Shown: positions 16,641-20,151 of the stretch, piece by piece
How the letters are laid out: each line of letters starts with the position of its first letter
Numbering within the stretch: the stretch's first letter is position 1
NCBI GenBank assembly: GCA_038245905.1
Contig: JBBRRY010000048.1
Location: 1-20,151 of the forward strand
Reading direction: 5' to 3'
Source: Thermoanaerobaculia bacterium
GTDB lineage: Bacteria; Acidobacteriota; Thermoanaerobaculia; UBA5066
DNA length: 20,151 nt
The notes under the pieces: generated by a model
Seen by the model: only the letters and a program-made list of their open reading frames with translations
Databases searched by the model: none
What the model was told of the DNA's origin: nothing
Made by a program: the position numbers and the translations under genes

Positions 16641-17671
16641 GGACCGAGCCCCATGTGACGCGCCCGGACCAGAAGTTCGGCGTCGATCAGCTCGAGATTG
16701 CGCGCGTGATCGCGGGTCAGGTGAAGTCGATAGCACGGCACGGTCAGGATGCGTGAAAGGGCCTCGAGCTTTTTCCGCTCGTCGCCGGGCAGCTGCCTCA
16801 AGGAAGAGGGCAAGATGCGGCGGAGCGCCTCGCCCGGCGAAATGGCCTCGAGCTTCGGCTCTGCTCCGTCACCGCGAGACGGTTGAAAGACGGCGGCGAG
16901 CGGCGCGGAGTCGAGCATGGACGAGCTCGAGACACGAAGAAACGATTTCTCGGTTCGATCGTCGGGCTGCTGGAAGACCGACGCCCCCGCGGGCAGACCA
17001 TGCTCGAGGTCGCCGGCGGCGAGCTTTCCCGAGCCGTACACGGAATGGACGAGCGGCAGCGGCGTTGCCGCTTCCAGGAGAACGTAATCGTCGCCGAGAT
17101 AGGCGAATCCCGCGTCGAGGGAGCGCAACGCGAGGGTCGACTTACCCGCTCCGCCCGGCCCCACGATGAGAGCCGCGACCCCATGCTTGGCGATCGCGGC
17201 GCCATGGCAGAGCATCTGCTTGCGTGCGGTGAACCACGAGTCGAGCAGCCGCAGGAACGGAGCGGCCGCAATCCAGATCGGAAGGGCCGCGGCGTCGCGG
17301 AACCAAACGCCCGCCTGTCCTCTGTCTCGTCCGTAGAGGCTCACCACGCCGCCGATTGGATCGAAGAAGAACATGCCGGCGCCGTCCGAAGCGCGAACGG
17401 GCTCCCGCCGCGACCATCGCTTGGCGACCTTCCACTCGGGGCACGCCCACGACAGGGGCACCGGCTCCCCGTCCCAGGCGAAGATCGTGACGTCCGGTGG
17501 GCGCGTCTCGGGCACCACCCGGTGCCTCAGGGCCGCGGCGAGCAGCTGCGACAGCGTTTCCGTTCCGGCACACACTCGGAACACGCCGCCCGCGAGCGCG
17601 AAGTGAAAGACCGGAAAGTGTCGGGATCGGGCCGCAATGTCGTCGAGAATGTCGAAGAAGCGCTCGGACAT
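16637..17671 (-). CDS. HPr kinase-like P-loop kinase (HprK-related, similar in motif layout to lasso-peptide kinases)
   Basis: CHGAAI...LIVGPGGAGKSTL (His plus Walker A), followed by FAYLGDDYVLL (DD signature). Confidence 0.85.
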   Translation of the reverse strand: MSERFFDILDDIAARSRHFPVFHFALAGGVFRVCAGTETLSQLLAAALRHRVVPETRPPDVTIFAWDGEPVPLSWACPEWKVAKRWSRREPVRASDGAGMFFFDPIGGVVSLYGRDRGQAGVWFRDAAALPIWIAAAPFLRLLDSWFTARKQMLCHGAAIAKHGVAALIVGPGGAGKSTLALRSLDAGFAYLGDDYVLLEAATPLPLVHSVYGSGKLAAGDLEHGLPAGASVFQQPDDRTEKSFLRVSSSSMLDSAPLAAVFQPSRGDGAEPKLEAISPGEALRRILPSSLRQLPGDERKKLEALSRILTVPCYRLHLTRDHARNLELIDAELLVRARHMGLGP

Positions 17672-17703
17672 CCGTGTGCGCTGAGGCTAATGCGTCGCCA
17701 CGA

Positions 17704-18132
17704 TCAGCCGCGTCCCGGAACGTGAGGCCAGCCCACGTCGCTGACGTCGTGGACCGGATCGAGCTTGATCAGTTCGGCCATGTCTTCAAATTTCTCCAGG
17801 CACGGCGTGCCATACGGCTGGCGAGATATCGACGGGGGCGGCGGAACCGCCCGGGCGGGTGAGTCCGGGTCGCCAGGTCCCAGGAGACCGACGGCCAGGA
17901 GATCGGCAACGAAGGACCGGATCTCGGCTTCCACGGATTCCGGCGCGGGTGAGCCCCCTGCCCGATACCAGGCAGCAATGGCATCGACGTCCATATGAGT
18001 GGTCAACATCTGCCAGATCTCACAGGCCGTGCCCCGCATGCTGTAGTAGGAGCCGTTGACGAAATCGATCGCGATGACTTCGCCGTCGACCGTTTGAAAC
18101 GCGATGCGCCGGTCGTCGATTTCGTAAGGCAT
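17704..18132 (-). CDS. PqqD-family/RiPP recognition element (RRE) protein with a C-terminal peptide extension (142 aa)
   Basis: ATG 18132 has GAGGTG upstream. The RRE pattern is three strands (AFQTVDGEVIAIDFVNGSYYSM) then helices (GTACEIWQML, VDAIAAWY, VEAEIRSFVADLLAVGLL). A Pro-rich linker and the tail YGTPCLEKFEDMAELIKLDPVHDVSDVGWPHVPGRG follow. Confidence 0.85.
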   Translation of the reverse strand: MPYEIDDRRIAFQTVDGEVIAIDFVNGSYYSMRGTACEIWQMLTTHMDVDAIAAWYRAGGSPAPESVEAEIRSFVADLLAVGLLGPGDPDSPARAVPPPPSISRQPYGTPCLEKFEDMAELIKLDPVHDVSDVGWPHVPGRG

Positions 18133-18141
18133 GACACCTCG

Positions 18142-18151
18142 ATCATAGAAT
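18142..18151. promoter_or_regulatory. Putative bidirectional promoter: overlapping -10-like hexamers
   Basis: In the 28-bp divergent spacer, TAGAAT (+, 18146-18151) and TATGAT (-, 18147-18142) overlap by 2 bp. Each lies 9 nt from its start codon. Confidence 0.5.
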
Positions 18152-18160
18152 CGCGCCCGG

Positions 18161-18856
18161 GTGTCAGCAACTGTTCGTGTGAGCGCGGTCGTCACGGCAT
18201 TTCAGTGCGAGGCGTTTCTCGCCGAGGCCGTACGGAGCGTCCTCGGGCAGAGCGTTCCCCCGGACGAGGTCCTCGTCGTGGACGACGGCTCCACAGATGG
18301 CACCGCCGCCGTCGCGCGGTCCTTCGGCGAGCGGGTCCGCGTCGTCGAACGCCGGAACGGCGGGCCGGGCGCCGCGCGAAACACGGGGTTAGCCGAGGCG
18401 CGCGGGGAGTGGATCGCTTTCCTCGACGGCGATGACGCGTGGCTCGGCGGAAAGACGGAGGCCCAGCTGGACGCGACCGCGGGCGGGGCGGATCTCGTCT
18501 TCGGATTTGCCCGGAACGTGAAGGCCCCGCGTGGGGTGGCGCTCGACACGGGCGTCCTGGATGCCGGCCCGCCAATCCCCGGCCTCGTGGCCGGCGCGAT
18601 GCTTGCCCGGCGCGAAGCCTTCGCGCGCGTTGGCCCATTCCCGGAAAATCTCTCCGTCGGCGAGTTCGTGGACTGGCATGCCCGGGCCTGCGAGGCCGGG
18701 ATCGCACGGGTCGTCCTTCCCGAAGTCGTCCTTCTCCGCCGGATCCACGGCGGCAACAGGACTCTCGTCTCGCGCGACGCGCCGGGTGACTACGTGCGCG
18801 TCCTGAAGGCAGCGCTCGACCGGCGGCGCGCCGCGGGGCCCGGAGAGCAGGCGTGA
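18161..18856 (+). CDS. GT2 family glycosyltransferase, 231 aa
   Basis: VSAVVTAFQ, VLVVDDGSTDGT, GPGAARNTG, IAFLDGDDAW, RRIHGGN. Confidence 0.92.
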   Translation: MSATVRVSAVVTAFQCEAFLAEAVRSVLGQSVPPDEVLVVDDGSTDGTAAVARSFGERVRVVERRNGGPGAARNTGLAEARGEWIAFLDGDDAWLGGKTEAQLDATAGGADLVFGFARNVKAPRGVALDTGVLDAGPPIPGLVAGAMLARREAFARVGPFPENLSVGEFVDWHARACEAGIARVVLPEVVLLRRIHGGNRTLVSRDAPGDYVRVLKAALDRRRAAGPGEQA

Positions 18857-20151
18857 CGGGGCGGGAGGCGATCCGCGGGTACGCCGCCTACTACATGGGC
18901 TCCCGGCGGCCGCTCCTCGTTTCTCTCGCCGCCGCGGTCGCGCAGCCGATCGCTCTCATCCCGATCCCGTGGCTCGCCCGGCGCGCCTTCGACCGGCTCA
19001 TCCCGGCAGGCGATGTCGGCGGCCTCGTGGCGACGGGCGCTCTGATCCTCCTCCTGACGCTGGCACAGGCCGTGCTGGCGCTCTGGGCGCGCGCACTCAC
19101 GCTCGACGTCACGAAGCGGGCGATCGCCCGCATGCGCGAGGACCTCGTCGCGAAGTTCTACGCCTTGCCGCGATCCTTCCTCGCGACGGCCGATCGGGCG
19201 GCGTTCCACACGCGAGCGGTGGAGGACACGGAGCGTGTGGACGTCATGACGAACGGGCTCGTGACGCAGTTCCTGCCGGCCGCGCTCGTCGGAGCCGCCC
19301 TCGGCCTCGTACTCCTGTGGCTGTCGCCGCTCCTCTTCGGCGTCACCGTCCTCTTCGCGCCCGCCGTATGGCTGACAAGCCGCGTGCTCGGGGTTCGCGT
19401 CCGGCGGGATATTGCCCGCTACCGCGGCGATTTCGAAGTTTTCAGCCGGGGCATCCTCTTCGTCCTCCAGAAGAGGGACCTCACGCAGGCGCAGGCGGCC
19501 GAGGATCAGGAGCGCGAGACTCAGGCGCGCCAGATCGATCGCCTGAGGACGACGAGCGGCCGCATGGCGTGGCTGAACACGGCGTACTCGCTGCTCCACG
19601 GCTTCCTGTTCGCATCGACAGGGATCGTGGTCCTCGTCGTGGGCGGGATCGAGGTCGTGAAGGGGCGAATGACCGGCGGCACGCTCGCGTCGTTCTTCGT
19701 CACACTTGGCCTCTTGCGCGCGCAGATGGCAGCCCTCTCGACGAGCCTTCCTCAGATCATCGGAGGGCGCGCCTCGCTTGAAGCCGTTCTCGAGCTCCTG
19801 CGGCTTCCTGCTCCCGCGTCCGCGGCGGCCCTTCCGCCTCTCGCGTTCCGTGGCGGGATCGCTCTCGAGAACGTCGTCTACGGGTACGACCCGGCGCGCG
19901 AACCCGTCCTCAGGGGCGTGTCTCTCACCCTCGCGCCCGGCGAGGCGGTCGCGCTCGTGGGCCGGAACGGAGCCGGAAAAACGACGCTCTTGAATCTCGT
20001 CCTCGGCTTCGCCGAGCCGTGGTCGGGCCGTCTTCTCGCGGACGGTCTCCCGTACGGAACCTTCGACGCCGTCTCGCTGCGAAGGAGGACGGGCACGGTG
20101 CTCCAGGAACCTCTCGTCGTCCGAGGGACCCTCGCCGAGAACGTGACCTAC
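18853..20151 (+). CDS. ABC exporter, fused permease/ATP-binding protein (MsbA-like type), 3'-truncated by the window edge
   Basis: Absent from the ORF track because it has no stop in the window. Manual translation from GTG 18853 (GTGA overlap) gives MTGREAIRGYAAYY..., hydrophobic helices, EDTERVD, then IALENVVYGY, Walker A GRNGAGKTT (19960-19986) and Q-loop VLQEP. Confidence 0.92.
   Translation, partial: MTGREAIRGYAAYYMGSRRPLLVSLAAAVAQPIALIPIPWLARRAFDRLIPAGDVGGLVATGALILLLTLAQAVLALWARALTLDVTKRAIARMREDLVAKFYALPRSFLATADRAAFHTRAVEDTERVDVMTNGLVTQFLPAALVGAALGLVLLWLSPLLFGVTVLFAPAVWLTSRVLGVRVRRDIARYRGDFEVFSRGILFVLQKRDLTQAQAAEDQERETQARQIDRLRTTSGRMAWLNTAYSLLHGFLFASTGIVVLVVGGIEVVKGRMTGGTLASFFVTLGLLRAQMAALSTSLPQIIGGRASLEAVLELLRLPAPASAAALPPLAFRGGIALENVVYGYDPAREPVLRGVSLTLAPGEAVALVGRNGAGKTTLLNLVLGFAEPWSGRLLADGLPYGTFDAVSLRRRTGTVLQEPLVVRGTLAENVTY

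Noticed and set aside
16637-17671. Canonical HPr kinase/phosphorylase (hprK) controlling the neighbouring sugar operon
   Set aside because: The N-terminus does not resemble HprK as I recall it, no HPr/PTS genes are adjacent, and it is coupled to GT2 genes directly behind an RRE.
17672-17703. Separate small precursor peptide ORF between the RRE and kinase genes or in 13871-13982
   Set aside because: The first gap is only 32 bp. The second holds the sigma-54 promoter and no convincing ORF with an RBS.
17704-18132. PQQ biosynthesis (pqqD)
   Set aside because: No pqqA/B/C/E nearby, and the protein has an extra tail. A generic RRE call fits better.
16637-18132. Standard lasso peptide cluster
   Set aside because: No cyclase, B2 peptidase or separate precursor in the window, and the tail lacks the typical cleavage context. 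This cannot be fully excluded because the cluster is truncated.
1-20151. CRISPR arrays, tRNA/rRNA genes, IS elements or integrases
   Set aside because: The window is almost entirely protein-coding. I saw no spaced repeats, RNA gene signatures or transposase motifs.

Overview
High-GC bacterial DNA with a diderm-type TonB-dependent receptor; the taxon cannot be fixed from this sequence. There are three modules. (1) <1-11480 (+) is a tightly packed glycan-uptake operon: TonB-dependent receptor, GH144/glycoamylase-like probable lipoprotein, sugar ABC binding protein plus two permeases (no ATPase in the window), a 1005-aa secreted discoidin/six-hairpin protein of unknown activity, and a stand-alone GH94 phosphorylase whose motifs resemble the cyclic beta-1,2-glucan synthase type. 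It most plausibly handles beta-1,2-glucan. (2) 11501-13909 (-) has a consensus sigma-54 promoter, a secreted two-repeat helical protein and a GH1 beta-glucosidase. (3) 13983->20151 is a divergent cluster around a 28-bp spacer. The left arm encodes a PqqD/RRE protein with a fused C-terminal tail that looks like a RiPP leader (YxxPxL) plus core, an HprK-like kinase, three GT2 glycosyltransferases and a SAM methyltransferase. The right arm encodes a fourth GT2 and an ABC exporter. Module 3 is the best candidate for an uncharacterised system: a possible phospho-/glyco-RiPP or protein-primed glycan pathway. All calls come from motif recognition by eye; no searches were run.
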